DNA from: Euglena gracilis
Taxonomy: Eukaryota
Direction of reading: 5' to 3'
NCBI GenBank assembly: GCA_039621445.1
Contig: CP154954.1
Span: 17,142,589 to 17,206,588, forward strand
DNA: 64,000 nt
Under the pieces are notes generated by a model. The model did no database searches. It saw nothing but the letters and a program-made list of their open reading frames with translations, and had not been told where the DNA came from. Positions 23,879-36,720 of the stretch are shown here, in pieces; the stretch's first letter is position 1; each line of letters begins with the position of its first letter. A program made the position numbers and the translations under genes.

Positions 23879-25285
23879 TAACTTTAGCCCTCTTCTGAAC
23901 GACAATTGCAGCTCTAACCATCGAAAGTCCCGTCAGTTTGCGGAAAGTGGAAAGTACCACGCCAAAGTCCTTGGAGACTAAATCGTTGTGACGGAGTCAG
24001 CAGACTGTCTGGGGCTGGTGTGACCAATCTTTGAGGGATGGCAGCGGATTCAGCCTATTTTGCACAACTGCCGCCAGGTTTTGTTGTTAGACCCCTGGCC
24101 ACAGCAGGGCTGAGCAGGACTCCCAGCATTCCTACGGCCTGGAAACTGGGGTGGGACCCCATCCCCAACAAACGCTTTGAGGGGGTGTGGCCGCATGCCT
24201 TCCATCTCAGCCATTTCGGAATCGTGTCACCCCCATCCGTCAATTAAAAGACAGATGTATACCAGGAACGGCAGCTCAAATTGGGTACCCCAACCATTTA
24301 CACCGACGTCTTGCTACGTCACTTTCACTTGAAAGCCTGGGGGGAAGTTAGTTTAAATGGGTCAAAATGCTCGTCTGGGGGGGGGACGAAGCGACCTGCA
24401 TATGTCCTCTCCCCTGCAGAGATGTCAGAATCTCTCAGTGATGTTCCATCTGTGCATGTTTCGCCAAAAAGTAGACACTGGGGTGAGCCTGAACGCTCGT
24501 CTTGTGTTTTCTACGACCTTCTTGCGCTTTGCTGTGCTTTACCTCGGTGCGCACTGGATGCGGGAGAGGGGTTTTTTCAACCCCTTTTTCAACCCCTGGG
24601 GGGCAGGGGTGGCCTGGGCCGTCTGGCGCTCAGAGGAAGCTGCCGCGGGTTTGCCTCTCTGTTCTGAATGGGCGTAACTGAGGGCACACTTGGGTCGGAA
24701 GGAGCTCCCCCCAGGCTCCTTCCGACCCAAGTGTGAGTGCTTGTGGGGAAGTGTGTTGTCAGTCTGTGTTGCGGTTCCGCCACAAGCTGGCAGGTGGGGT
24801 ATCATCAGGGTCGATGACCCTGCGACCGTCGTCCCTGATCGATCTTGTCTGTGATTAGATACGCGCTCTGCTGCACCCTCCCGGGGATGGGGGAGGGGTG
24901 GGGCAGAAAAAATGAGCCCAAAAACAAGGCAACCCGGGGAGGAAAAATGTCTCCACTGTGTAGGGTTGCGCCCTCCGGGACACCACCCTTTGGGGAAGGC
25001 TAACCAAGGCCCTTCCAGTTGCAAAAACTTTGCAATTCAAGAAAACTCCAGGTGAAAAAATGATTTCTAGCATCCTTGGGGCAAATACAGCTGGTCAGTG
25101 AAAAAATAGCCACAGGAAGTGGTATATGGTCATTTTTGGCTGTTTTTGGCCTTTTTTTTATTTCAGCCACTTTGGCAGCTCCTGACTTAAGCTGGGGGTG
25201 GGGGGGGATTGTAGTCAACCGGTTAGAAAAGCCGAGTCCACATGCAAGTTGCACCCCCTCTGGCTCGGACCATGTGAACTTCGAG

Positions 25286-25470
25286 TAATGGCGTAAAGTG
25301 GAGCCCCCACAATACCCCACAGTACCCAACAGTACCCCACACCCCCCACACATCCCCCCGCACCCCCCCACTGCCCCACACCCCCCACACCCCCCCAGAT
25401 ATTGACAGGCGTCTCTGCACATATGGCATAAAGCGGAGCCCCCACACTTATGTGCGGGGTGTGTGGGGGG
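25286..25470. mobile_element. Two terminus fragments of the ATGGCGTAAAGTG family
   Basis: ATGGCGTAAAGTGGAGCCCCCACA with TACCCCACAG repeats, then CACATATGGCATAAAGCGGAGCCCCCACAC. These match the two ends of 54712-55510. Confidence 0.6.
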
Positions 25471-28400
25471 CGGGCCCATCGGCCAGGACTCGCAGAAAAC
25501 CAGAAACAGCCAGCCTCAAGGGCTGGTATCGGGCCTGCCAAAGGTCCCCAACGGAGGAAAGGACTGAGAGCCGTAGGGGGACTTGGGGAAACGACGAGGG
25601 GGAAGAGGACCCCTCTGTTTGGATGGGTCGGGATTGGGTGCAGTGCTGGGCACGACGATGCCCTCTGGCAGACTCCGAACCCAACCCCCTGCCAACAAAG
25701 AGCCGTCTGTCGTCTCTAACAGGGCTGTGTGGGGGTCCAGGGTCCAGTCCCTTTGGTTTCATGGAGGGGAAATCCACACCAACGAAACCACGGATGATCA
25801 TTCCGACGGGCGTTCAGCACTGGTCCGAAACATATAAAAAAATATCGCTGAATTTCTTTTCAAAAAAGCAGTTCAGACAAGCACCTAAACACCGAAGTGT
25901 TTAGGTATTTTGGAAGGGGGGGGGACACTTGCTTCCGCAACCCCTCACTTTTGGCTGCTGCAGCTGAGCAGAACCACCCCACCTCATGCATTTGTTGCCA
26001 TCAGGTTCAGCGAGCAACCTTCCCAGCCAGCTGAAGGACCCTCGCCTTTTGTCTTGAGGGATTCATAACCGGAAGCGTGGACGGTACGAGGACCAGGAAC
26101 GCCCTGGGATAGGTCAAACTTCTTGCACATTTCGCATTTAAAAAGTAAACAAACGTCCTAGCCTAAGGTTTGTGGCTGCCCAGAGCTGGGCTTTCTCAGT
26201 TTATTCGAGCACATTGCAACTGAAACCTCAAAAAAAAGACACTCCAAAATAAGCCTCCCCCCGAAAATAGACCCGGTGCAGCTTTTCAGCAAAAAAAAAA
26301 ACTATCCTCCTCTTGGGATTTTTGAACCGCCCTCTGAAACGGTGAAAATGCCTCAAAATGGGCATCCATTTTTTTTGAAATTTTTCTATTTTCACACATT
26401 TTGAATGTGTTAAAATTGGCACTTTTTGAGGAAATATTGAAAAAAAACTTGGAAAATTTTGGCTCGTGGCCCTAAAATGGGCAATTTTGCGTGGCCCAAA
26501 ATTGCCCATTTTAGGGCTACCTCCCGCGGGATGGCTTTTTTAACAGAAATGAAAAAAAATTGGACTCCCAAAAAAAGCACACACCCCAGGGATTTACAGC
26601 AACGGACCCAAAAGGAGACCTGGGTTTCATTTGGGGGTGGGGTATTTCCAATTGACTGCACTGGCGCAAAGCGATTCAAATGATTCCCACTGACGGTCGC
26701 GAGCCCACCCTTGCAATTTTGTATGCCAGCAATGCCCCCTCCCACCAGGTGAGTGTGATGAGCCTGCAAGACGGAGAGCGGGGGCAGGCCACAGGAAAGC
26801 ATCCCCAACAGTGCGTCCCCATCGGGGGGGGGGGGTCCAGCTCAAGAGGCTGGAAAGGTGGAAAAGCTTCGTCCAGGCTGCTGGATCAACCCCCTGAATG
26901 AGGTCTCCTGGCTGGAACTGGGCCTGACTTGGGTCCAACTGGGGTCCAACTCCTCAAAAAAAATTAATAAAAAGCCTGCAAATCAGCAACTATTCAAAAA
27001 AATCGATTTTTTGATCCCAATTTTGAGGTACGCAGTCAATTCTTGACCCAGTTTACCCATGTTTTCACCCACGTTGCACCCTCAAAGGCAAAATACATTC
27101 GGAGGGGCTGGACAAGAATGAAAACTCTTAATGATGGGGCCAAGGGGAGATCGCGAGCTGGAAAAAGGCTGCTGGCGGGGAAAAGGCTGCTGGTTGGCTG
27201 GGGTGGGGTCCCCCTCTGGCTTCATTGACCCCCTGGTGCCAAAACCATGCAACAGTTGCTTGCAAGCATCATCACAAACCCGGCATTCCCCCCCCCTATG
27301 CGCTCGGTGTGGGGACAAATTTGGGGGGCACCTTCAAATGAAAGGACCAAAGGCCAGATGCCAGAGGAGAGGGAGAAAACAGAAGGGAAAAAAACCATTT
27401 CCCATTTTTGTGTACCTTCCATCACCTACAACTGAATGCATAATGAGGACCTTCTGGAAGACTCTAAGGCACAACTTATAACCTCCCCCCCCCCACAAAT
27501 GGCCCTCCTTTTGAGCCGACAAAAAACCGTACAGGTCCTAAAGCCAACCAAAGGACGACCCGGGTGGAATTTGGGCTGTGGAGAAAATATCCTGGAAATG
27601 GGGATCCCAGAACCTTCAAAATGAAACCTTTCCTATTTTTTTTGGAGTTATTTTCGGATACATAGGGGACAACAATTGTTGTTGGAACAGGAGTGTTTGT
27701 TGGCAAATGGTGTTCATTCAATACAGTGAGGGGACACAAAGGCCACATAGTTCATCAAACCCCACCAGAGAGGAGATTTCGGACAAGCCGGAATTCTGCT
27801 CAAAGAAATCGACTGTTTGCTGAGAACTGGTGGGAAGCGGTTGAGATGAAAAGTCACAGTTTGGGGAGTACCATAGTCATGTGGCCTAGGTGCGGTTCGG
27901 GCAGCTTCGGAGCCCTGCAGCTGCAGCCACAGGTCGGACTTGCCGGGGAGATGCTGCATGAGGCTGAACGGCGCCGCCATGTGGTTTGGGGGGCACGGAA
28001 CGCTGAAGAACGCTGTTAGAAGAGAGGTGGGATGGGTGGCGGGAAGGCCAGGGATTAGATTGAGACCTCTGGACCTTCGGATGATCAGACGTTGGAGGCG
28101 GATCGCCTCCAACCGGGTGGACCGCCTCATTTTTGATATCAAAAAAGGTATACGATTCAAGCGTGATCAAAGAAACAATTCAACAAAAAAAGACACAACG
28201 CACACACTGGGACACGCATGTGTGCGAAGGCACAACCACTGCCAAATCGCTCGAGGAGCACATTTTGCCTCCCACGATACCCCCCAGAGGCCCATGGGAT
28301 AACTTTCTCGGAATGGGCAGGATGTGTCCTAAGACCTCTCACAACTTGTGCTGCATGCGCACGTTTACAACATTTTACAACCCTTTGGGGAAAAGTAGTA

Positions 28401-29159
28401 CTAAAAAGAAAACCCTCTGAACACGTTCATGAATAGGAGAGAATCTCATTCATAATTGTTTGTGGTTGTTTGGGTCATTTGATCATTCGGCGTGACCATT
28501 TGGATTTTGAAAAATTCCCAAAATTGTGCTAATTCATGATTCGAAGGAATCCCCGGTACCTAACGAATGAGCATACACATCTTTCAATTAAGATTTTCCC
28601 AACATCTTTCATCTTTTTTTCCTGTCTTTCTCCCCATGCTTCCAAATTTGCACTTTTTCATTATTGCGAAACAGACAATTTGGTGTTGGACACCAAAAAA
28701 AAAGATGGGAGCAAGAAAAAACACAGCTGTCCAAACCTTCAAAAATTCAGCTACCAAAAGAAGGTTGGGAAACCGTGGATTTGGGACCAATACTATTGTT
28801 AGTTGGGATTTAAAAGAATGGGCCTTGTGGGGCTGTGCTCCTCCACCAAATCCACTGTTTGCCGTCCACATTAACAAAAGAGACTGAAAGTGATCACCTG
28901 AATGGCTTCAGTTGTTCGCAAAAAAAATTGTTGTGCAACAGAATTTTTCCCATTTCAGGCCACGTTAGGCAATTTTAGGCCATTTTAGCTATAAGTGCCT
29001 AACTTCCACTGCCCCCCACCCCTGAGGAGTGGGCCCGGAACCAAGGTTGCCTGTGTTTTAAATTTGTTAGGTTTGGGGAGGTATTGCAAAAACTGGAGCC
29101 TTCACTAGACATTTATCCCCACCCCCTTCCACCCCCCCCCCCCCCCCCACACCCCCCAC

Positions 29160-29502
29160 CATACAATTGCTTACCGACCCCCGGGGGGTCACTCCACTTT
29201 TTTAAAAACCAGTCAGTCACTCATTTTCAAAAAACCAGCCAGTCACTCCCCCCCCGGGGGGGGGGGGGTCGGCCACTCAGAAAAACGGCCACTTTCCAGT
29301 CACTTTAGGCCATTTTAGGCCCAAAAAATTTTCCGGCGCCTTCGGCGCCGGGGTCCCTCAAGCGACTTTTGCCTGCTCCTGGCCGACCCCCCCCGGGGGG
29401 GGTCCGGGCTAAAAACCAGTCAGTCACTCTGAAAAAAACCAGTCACCCACCCCCGGGGGGGGGGGGAGGGGGGGGGTCGGTCAGTGCTTAAGCAATTGCC
29501 TG
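29160..29502. mobile_element. hAT-like MITE
   Basis: TIR CATACAATTGCTTA / TAAGCAATTGCCTG. Exact 8-bp TSD CCCCCCAC (29152-59, 29503-10). Internal CAGTCAGTCACT repeats. Confidence 0.8.
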
Positions 29503-29665
29503 CCCCCCACACACACTGGACCACCCCTCATCGATGGCCGTATGTATTGCAAAAACGGAGCCCCAGCGATGCCATAAATAGCTATTTTTCCTTTTGGAGT
29601 TCGCCATTTTTTGATTTTTCGATTTCATTTTTGCTCGGATTTCGAAAAATCTTCCGGTGGCCGCA

Positions 29666-29740
29666 TATATTATTATTATACATATATATATATAATAATA
29701 TATATAAATATATAATATATATTATATTATATTATTATTA
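29666..29740. repeat. (TA)n/(TAT)n microsatellite
   Basis: Direct inspection. Confidence 0.9.
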
Positions 29741-29784
29741 CGGAGCCCGCACTGCCCGCCAAGCACCTATAATTGACCCCCAGA

Positions 29785-29838
29785 TTTTCGGCATTTTCGG
29801 CCATTTTCGGCCATTTTCGGCCATTTTCGGTCATTTTT
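29785..29838. repeat. (CCATTTTCGG)n 10-mer repeat; the same unit occurs at 30568-30696
   Basis: Tandem CCATTTTCGG/CCATTTTTGG units. Confidence 0.85.
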
Positions 29839-30797
29839 TTCCTATAGGTGAGGGGTAAAGCTGCCTTAAAATTCCTTCATACCAACAATGCATTTTGATC
29901 ATTCAGTCAACATGAAAGCAGTCGTGACAAGCTAACGCATCCAAGGAGGTCCGTTTGGAATGGGTGCTCAGGGATTAAAGAGGTCAAAGAGTTTTTTGTT
30001 GCAATATGCAAATGCAAGGTTTTGGGAATAGGCTTCTTTTTTCCTGCCAGAGAGACTCTTATCCACTTTGGTCTTTTTTTTTGCTGGGGGTTCTTGGGAC
30101 GCTTCATGAGAGTGGTTGGCACATGACATATTAACCACAATGGTGGATGGCAACACCAAAACTGTTGCTTTTCTCTTCAAGCCCCTAGGCATGGATGCTT
30201 TTCACAAACAACTTCCCCTCACTTATTCCAACTTGATACCCCAAGCAACATTGTTTGATAGTGGCACTGTTAGATCCCATCCACTTGTGTGCAATAAACC
30301 TAATGCAGGAATCACACCTTCAACGGAGAAAAAAACGTTTCACATACTTTGCCTGGTTGCACAATTTTCTGAAATGTCGTCAAAACCATCGGCTTTGGCC
30401 CAAATAACCCTTTCGGAGGTGGTTCTTTGAGCAGCATGTGTTGCAGGGCCAGGCATAATTACAAAGAAGAGAGGCTGCACAGAGACAAGAATCAGTCACA
30501 CTGAAAATTGCCTAGAAAACTGAAAGGCAAAAAAAAACTCGAAAATTTTGCAAAATTTTTTTCTCGTTTTCGGCCATTTTTGGCCGTTTTTGGCCATTTT
30601 TGGCCATTTTCGGCCATTTTCGGGACCCCCAAGGAAAGAGCACAAAATTTCATTTTCGGCCATTTTCCGCCATTTTCGGCCATTTTTGGCCATTTTTACT
30701 ATAAGTGCTTGCTGCCCGCGTCCCCCCTCCCCCCCCCCGCACCCCCCCATTATCACTAACCCCCCCACCTCCCTCCCCCCCCCCTTACCACCAACAC

Positions 30798-31640
30798 CAG
30801 GTTTTGAATAGTGCTGAGCTCTTAGCTCTAAGCGCGCACCCACCCCGTCATTGACCCCCCCCCACATAAACCGGCCCACCCCATGGAACTCTTTTGACTG
30901 AGATGCAAGGGTTTTGTGCCTGAAACGGGGCGCTGGGGGGGGGGGTCAAAAAACGCTCGTCTTTGGCTCAAAAAACACCTTTTCTGGGTCCGGGAAGCCA
31001 AAAAAAACATCGTTTTGGGCAAAAAAAGTTTTTTCGATTTTTTTCGACTTTTTTTGACCCAAAAATGACCCTAACTGCTTTGGTTTCGGGCCCAAAACGG
31101 GGTGGTGGCAGGTCCAAAAACGCTCATTTTCGGCTCAAAACCAGTTTTTCAGGGTCCGGGAGGCCAAAAAACATCGTTTTGGGCTAAAAAAATGTTTCGA
31201 TTTTTTTCGACTTTTTTGATCCGGTTTTGACCCAAAGTCAATGGGTTGCCGGCCCAAAACAAGGCGCCGGGTCAAAAAACGCTCATTTTTGGCTCAAAAA
31301 CAGGCTTTCCAGGTCCGGGAGTCCAAAAAACATCGTTTCGGGCAAAAAAAAATTGGCCGAAAACGGTGTCGAACAGTGGAAAAAGTGTACAAAATGGCCT
31401 AAATTGGCCGAAAAACGGCCGTATCTCGGGCTGAGCGGGGAGTTGCGGGGAAACCAAAATCCCAGCAGATGGGGCGTTCCAAGGGCTTCAAATTAGGTCT
31501 CTGGACATTTCCTTTGATTTTGCTTCATTTTGGAGATATTTTGAAAATTGACATTTTTTTTGGCCGAAATGGCAGAGTCCAAAGGGGAGGGCTTATCCAG
31601 GGGGGGGGGGGCCTCTCTCTGCACTGTTGTCAATCCAGTA
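30798..31640 (+). mobile_element. Short copy of the satellite-bearing element (head, about 2.7 x 163-bp units, tail)
   Basis: Head CAGGTTTTGAATAGTGCTGAGC is identical to 56655. Diverged units span 30922-31355. The tail matches 19533-19775. Confidence 0.85.
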
Positions 31641-32015
31641 GCACCACCAAGCTTTGGCATCATCGCCGCATCGCTTTTTCGACCCCCCCCCAAACCATTT
31701 CCCGGTGAGAAATTGCAGCTGGACCAAACCGGCAGCAGCTTTTTCCCCAGCCAGGTTGCAGAGCACCCTCCCTCCCACCCTGGAAGTCGACTGAAATATT
31801 ATCCAACCCGACTGGAATTGCCTGCTTTTGGGTGCCAACTGAGAGCCAGCAGTACCCTTGGACCCCCCCTCTTCTTAGACGGCCAAAGTGAAAAATAAGG
31901 ATTTCTCCAAAGAAATCGAAATTGTCCGCGGAACTTGCAGTGTATGAAAGCACGAGCCCGGAACGACATGCGCACGCCACACGGCACGATTGCGCGCACT
32001 TGCGCACGTAGGGAT

Positions 32016-32439
32016 CAGGCCTTTGCTTAAGGACCCCGGGGGGGGGGTACTGGCTAGCCAATCGGCTAGACACTGGAAAAAGTGGACTAGCTAGACCCCG
32101 GGGGGGGGGGGGAGTCCGGGGAACCCCCGGACTGGAAAAAAAAATTTCTTCCGGCGCTGTGCGCCGGAGGAAAAATGAGGTTTTTAACAGGTTTTGGGCT
32201 GATTTTGTTCCAAGAATTCCCAAAAATGGCCAAAAACGGGCATTTTTGGCCATTTTGGGGGGTCCCAAAAAAAATTTCGGCGCTTCGCGCCGGTCACTGG
32301 AAAAAAATTTTCCACTAGCTAGCCCTGCTAGCAAACCCCCCGGGGGGGTCTGCTAGAAAACCCACTAGCCAAATTTGGACTAGCTGCAGTCCAGCCCCCC
32401 CCCCCGGGGGGGTACTGCAATCCCTTAAGCAAAAGCCTG
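32016..32439. mobile_element. hAT-like MITE (424 bp)
   Basis: TIR CAGGCCTTTGCTTAAGG / CCTTAAGCAAAAGCCTG. Exact 8-bp TSD GTAGGGAT. The homologous empty site is near 780-790. Confidence 0.92.
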
Positions 32440-32829
32440 GTAGGGATGCCCCCCCCCTTCTCGGGCGCAGTTGCGCCCGTTTTGGCCCCACAATCGCGCG
32501 CATTTGCGCACGCTTTGACGGTAAGTTCAGGCGCAACTGAGCGCGATCCGACCCCTCCTGTGTGGCGTGCGCCTCGGCGCTGAGGACCTCAGAACGAGCG
32601 GTGACACTGAGAGAACCAATGGGGACATGCAGTCTTCACCACCAACCCCCCGGGAGCTGCAGAACAACAAGTCGGCCGCCGAAAAACTGCGGAACACACG
32701 CCAGGCAACAGGACCTTGAGCCCTCCACCGCCCGTGTTGGAGACCCCGAACCAGCCGAACCAGAGGGAAAAACACCCAGCACCGAATCGCGCGCACCTGC
32801 GCCTGTGGACGTAGACACTCCGTGCGCAC

Positions 32830-33105
32830 CAGGGGCACGGAGTTTTTTTTTAAAGACCGGGGGGGGGTCCCCCCACCACCCATCCCCTGGGGGGGGGGAA
32901 CCACAAAAAAATGGCCGAAAAATCGCGAAAAGTGCTAAAAATAACACTTTTCGGCGCCTTCGGCGCCGAAAAGTGTATCCCACCGGAGGGGGGGGGGGGC
33001 TCGGCCAGACCCACCCACCCTACCGGGGGGGGGGGGGGGGCTCGGCCGGACCCACCCCCCCCCTACCCCCCCCCCAGGGGTCCACAACTTAAAAAAAAAC
33101 ACCTG
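32830..33105. mobile_element. hAT-like MITE (276 bp)
   Basis: CAGG...CCTG ends. Exact 8-bp TSD GTGCGCAC (32822-29, 33106-13). Confidence 0.9.
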
Positions 33106-36100
33106 GTGCGCACTTGCACGCGATTGAGGGCTGGATGAGGGAAGTTGTGACCCGGATGAAAACCCAGGCAGAGTGGTGATGCTGAATGCAAGTGTTGTGT
33201 GCATCTGGGCGCGTTAGTCATCCCCCAGCTCTTCGTCTTCATGGCCCCTATTTTGAAGCCCCTGCCAGCAAACACTACACAGGACGGTTTGAAAACGTAC
33301 TAAACGAGGGGGTTAAACCTCATTGAGCTGCATGGTGAAAACGTCCCGCACGCTTGGTTCTGACACGCACCCAAAACGCCCCGATTCATTGCGACGTCTG
33401 ACAACTGGTACCGCAATGGGCAGGTCTGATTCTGAGATCCCGGAAATACCCCCCTCCACAGACCCAGTTTCCGGATTACACGCAACGTCAAAACTAGTCG
33501 AAATCGGACTTGCCAAAAAAAAGAGGGCATCCTGGACCCAAATTCAAAAAAAAAAACGAGGACTCACCAATGTAATTTTCTTTCTGAACAGGCGTACCGC
33601 TGCCAAAAACAGTCATCATTTCTCGTAGTTTTTGGCCCGGGAGAAGATGCACCGCGCCCACAAACAGTGCACCTTGAGGCGAGGGTGAGGGTGTCTCCAT
33701 TCCCTAAACAACAGAGGGCCACTGCACACGGACACAGCTGCGTACGCATGCAGGCGCACCCTGCAGGCGGCCCACCTCTAATACACGTGGCGTCAAAGAC
33801 CTCTGTGTGCAAGCACACTGAAGATTTCTGAGGAGGGGTCGCGACAGGGTTTTACAGACGAGCCTGTACACAATCATCACATTGGCAAACTTTTGTTCCC
33901 AAATCGCTTGGGTTCGAGTGCAGGTGCGTCCGGGCCTGCGGACCAAACAATATATCGCCTCCGGATATAAGCCCTAGGGTACCCCTTCTGGATGTCAGCG
34001 TCCGTTCCCTTGATAATCCTCTGACGTTCTAAGACCAGAGGTAGTGCCTTCTCCTCCTCTGTCTCCCAGCGAAAGCAAAACCTCTGCCTAAGCGCAAACA
34101 GCCATGCCATCTAAAGGTTCTCCTGCCCGAGCCCGTCACACCGGCAAGCTAAATGGAGGGCACACCCCTCACTTTCTGAACCCAACACCGTCGGGTCTGT
34201 GGGCGCATCTGCGCGCGCCTCATGTACCAGTGTTATCCACTAACGTTTGGGTCTGGAGAGGCTGCAGGAAGACTTGCACACCTTTCTCACGAAGAACCGC
34301 AACCGTCGCCTCACCTTGGCCATACTCGCGGGGCCGGAGGCCGCACCCCCTCTCTGCGGCAAAAGCCCCCAGTTCGTGCGCAGATGCGCGCGCTTGTTGT
34401 GTTCAAACGGGCGTGGATTGGCCGGTGGTACACACTCTGCTTACCCCACTCCAGACCACTGGCTGGGCATTTCCCCATCTCACATACCGACCGCGTGCAG
34501 AAGCGCCCGTCAGGAGGTGAAAGGGACTGTACCACGGCAGGGATCACGCATCTCCTCCCGCCGGCATGTACACACGGCGTCGCCCAACGCTGCAGCACAT
34601 CACCACACCCACTACCGCATGCATGTCCGAATGGCCTCCCTGATCATCCGTACACCCTTTGCCCTATGACACCGGCAGCTCCCAATGCTCCAACCCTGCA
34701 CCCTGCACAGCACACCCCACGGCTTGCACGGCTTCGGCGGCACCGAAAATGGCTGTTTTCGGACGTTAAAGCTTTGTCTCAGATAGTCACCAATGGGGCG
34801 CACATGCGCGCGACCCCGCCACTGAAGACCCCTCTTCTGCCGCTGACGTCTGGCCCTCTACCGCCGTTTTCAAAGCCGAGACATGAGTGATTTTTCAATT
34901 TTGCTTTCGCTGGCCAAGGTTTCAAACCCTAGCCGTGACGACCTCTTTTCGTGTCAAAAAAATGTCAATCAGACGCACTTCTCGGGGTTCACACCGCGAG
35001 ACACCACAGCCATGCGCTCGCAACACGTCCGAGGGTGACCGCCAGCCGTAGTTTCAAACACGGCAAACGAAAGGCGACGGACGCGTCGCAAGTTCACGCG
35101 CAGTTGCACCCAAATCGGCAAAAAATCTTAAGTGCCACTTTGACCGTCTAATTCCTTCGGAAGGGAAGGGTCCAACCAGCACGATTTTCATGCCAGCACC
35201 TTTTTTGATATTCCAGCCGGCTGGCTGGACCCCGGGGGGACCTTAAAAAAAAATCCCGGAAGGGTGAACAGCTGCAGCCCACCCACCAGCCCTTCCTGTT
35301 TTTCTAGGGGCACCAATTTTAGGCTAAAGTTTTAGAAATTTTCACCGAAATGATCAAAAATCTTCAAAAAAATTTTCCAGCCAAAAGGTGTGACATTTCA
35401 AAAGATTCTACCTTTTTTTTCACAAAAAAGCCTTTCAAGGCATTTTAACCCATTTTAAGGTCTTTTGTAAAAAAAAAAAGTTTCAAAGCATATTATACCT
35501 GGTGATCGGCCCCCCCCCACAGTTGGCCCTGCAGTTTTTTGGCATTGGTTTTCAATTTCAATTTTTTTGCACCTCAAAAATTTGGGCATTGTTGAAAAAT
35601 TCAAAATAAAATGCACCGACAAGAGGGACTTGTATATGCTTCCAATTATCGATGCAGCAGTGTTGGTTGCTGAAGGAACAGACGGCAAACCATATTAATG
35701 CAATATTCTTCCATCTGGCACATTAAACCTTTGAATTTTTATTTGCAGCCACCACACTGAAATGTTCCTACCTAGACTTCCTTCCAACTCGCAGGAACCC
35801 CCCCATCCAGGGGGTTTGAGTAGGTGCCCCACTGAAAGTTTCACAATAAAGGAGAGCCACCAAGGGTGGGGGGGCACCTTCCAGGGGGAATGGGCGGGTA
35901 GTTTTTTGAGAGTGGGTGGACGGTGGCTGGGCCACTTTACCCCCTCTCCCCGAGGGGTGGAGTGCACCTTGGGCCAGACCAACCGGGCGCTGTGTTTTCT
36001 TTGGAAGTAGCTGGAAGGCTGTTTGCAAAAGCGCATAATCACTGGGTGGGTCCTTTGCTGCCCTTCCCTTGGGGCTTCCTGTTGTGGGTTTGGTGGTGTG

Positions 36101-36499
36101 TGGTGTGATAGACGGCGCTGATTGTTATTCTTTCTACCCGGGCACCCTCACCCTCACCTGCTTGGTTCCCCACCAGATGCACAACTCGACGATGAAGCCC
36201 ACGCGCATCGCTTCGTCATGTACCGCATTGGGCGTGCACGACGGACGTCAGCTTGCCACGGAGAGGCAAGAAGGGGCAAGAGGCCGCTATCTGCACTGGC
36301 AACTGTTAGGGGTTTAGGTATGCAGTCCTGAGGACCCCCCCCTCAAAGATGCGAAGTCACAGGTTGGACTAAGATTGATTATTCTTGGCTCTCCCTTTGT
36401 GGGTCTCTAGGCAACTTTCTGTGACCGAGAACTGCCTCAGAATGGAGGCGTCATGTGCAGCATTGCAACCGCTGCCAGACAAGAACAGGCTCCGACGAA

Positions 36500-36720
36500 A
36501 TAGTTATAGTTTTCCTTGATATATGAAGCAGGGTTGAGGGAGGACAGCGAGGACCCCGCTTTGGTTGAGACGGAGGCAGCCACTGCAAACGCAAAGACCC
36601 CCTGTGCTCGTTGAACTGGAACCAAGCAAAGAATACTTCAAAAATCGCTGACCCAGGCCAACAAATTCCTTGAGTGCAATTCTGTGCCGTTTTTTTCGGG
36701 GGTCAAGAAGTTCTGGGTAG
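36500..36720 (-). pseudogene. Possible relic of a hAT transposase C-terminus
   Basis: The minus strand gives, in order, LLDPRK (different frame), NLLAW, AQGVFA, KAG, SSLNPA and YIKEN, resembling the LDPR and dimerisation-domain motifs. Heavily deleted. Confidence 0.3.

Larger units (their letters stand above)
31960..33570. repeat. Dispersed repeat A, older diverged copy interrupted by two MITEs (may extend to about 35151)
   Basis: Collinear similarity to 62275-63000 and to the reverse complement of 1-850, e.g. GGTTAAACCTCATTGAGCTGCA and CGGATGAAAACCCAGGCAGAG. Confidence 0.8.

Noticed and set aside
33600-34110. Reverse-transcriptase-like phrase (VYRLVCKTLSRPL) on the minus strand
   Set aside because: No QG or YADD motifs found, and the homologous repeat A copies show no conserved frame.
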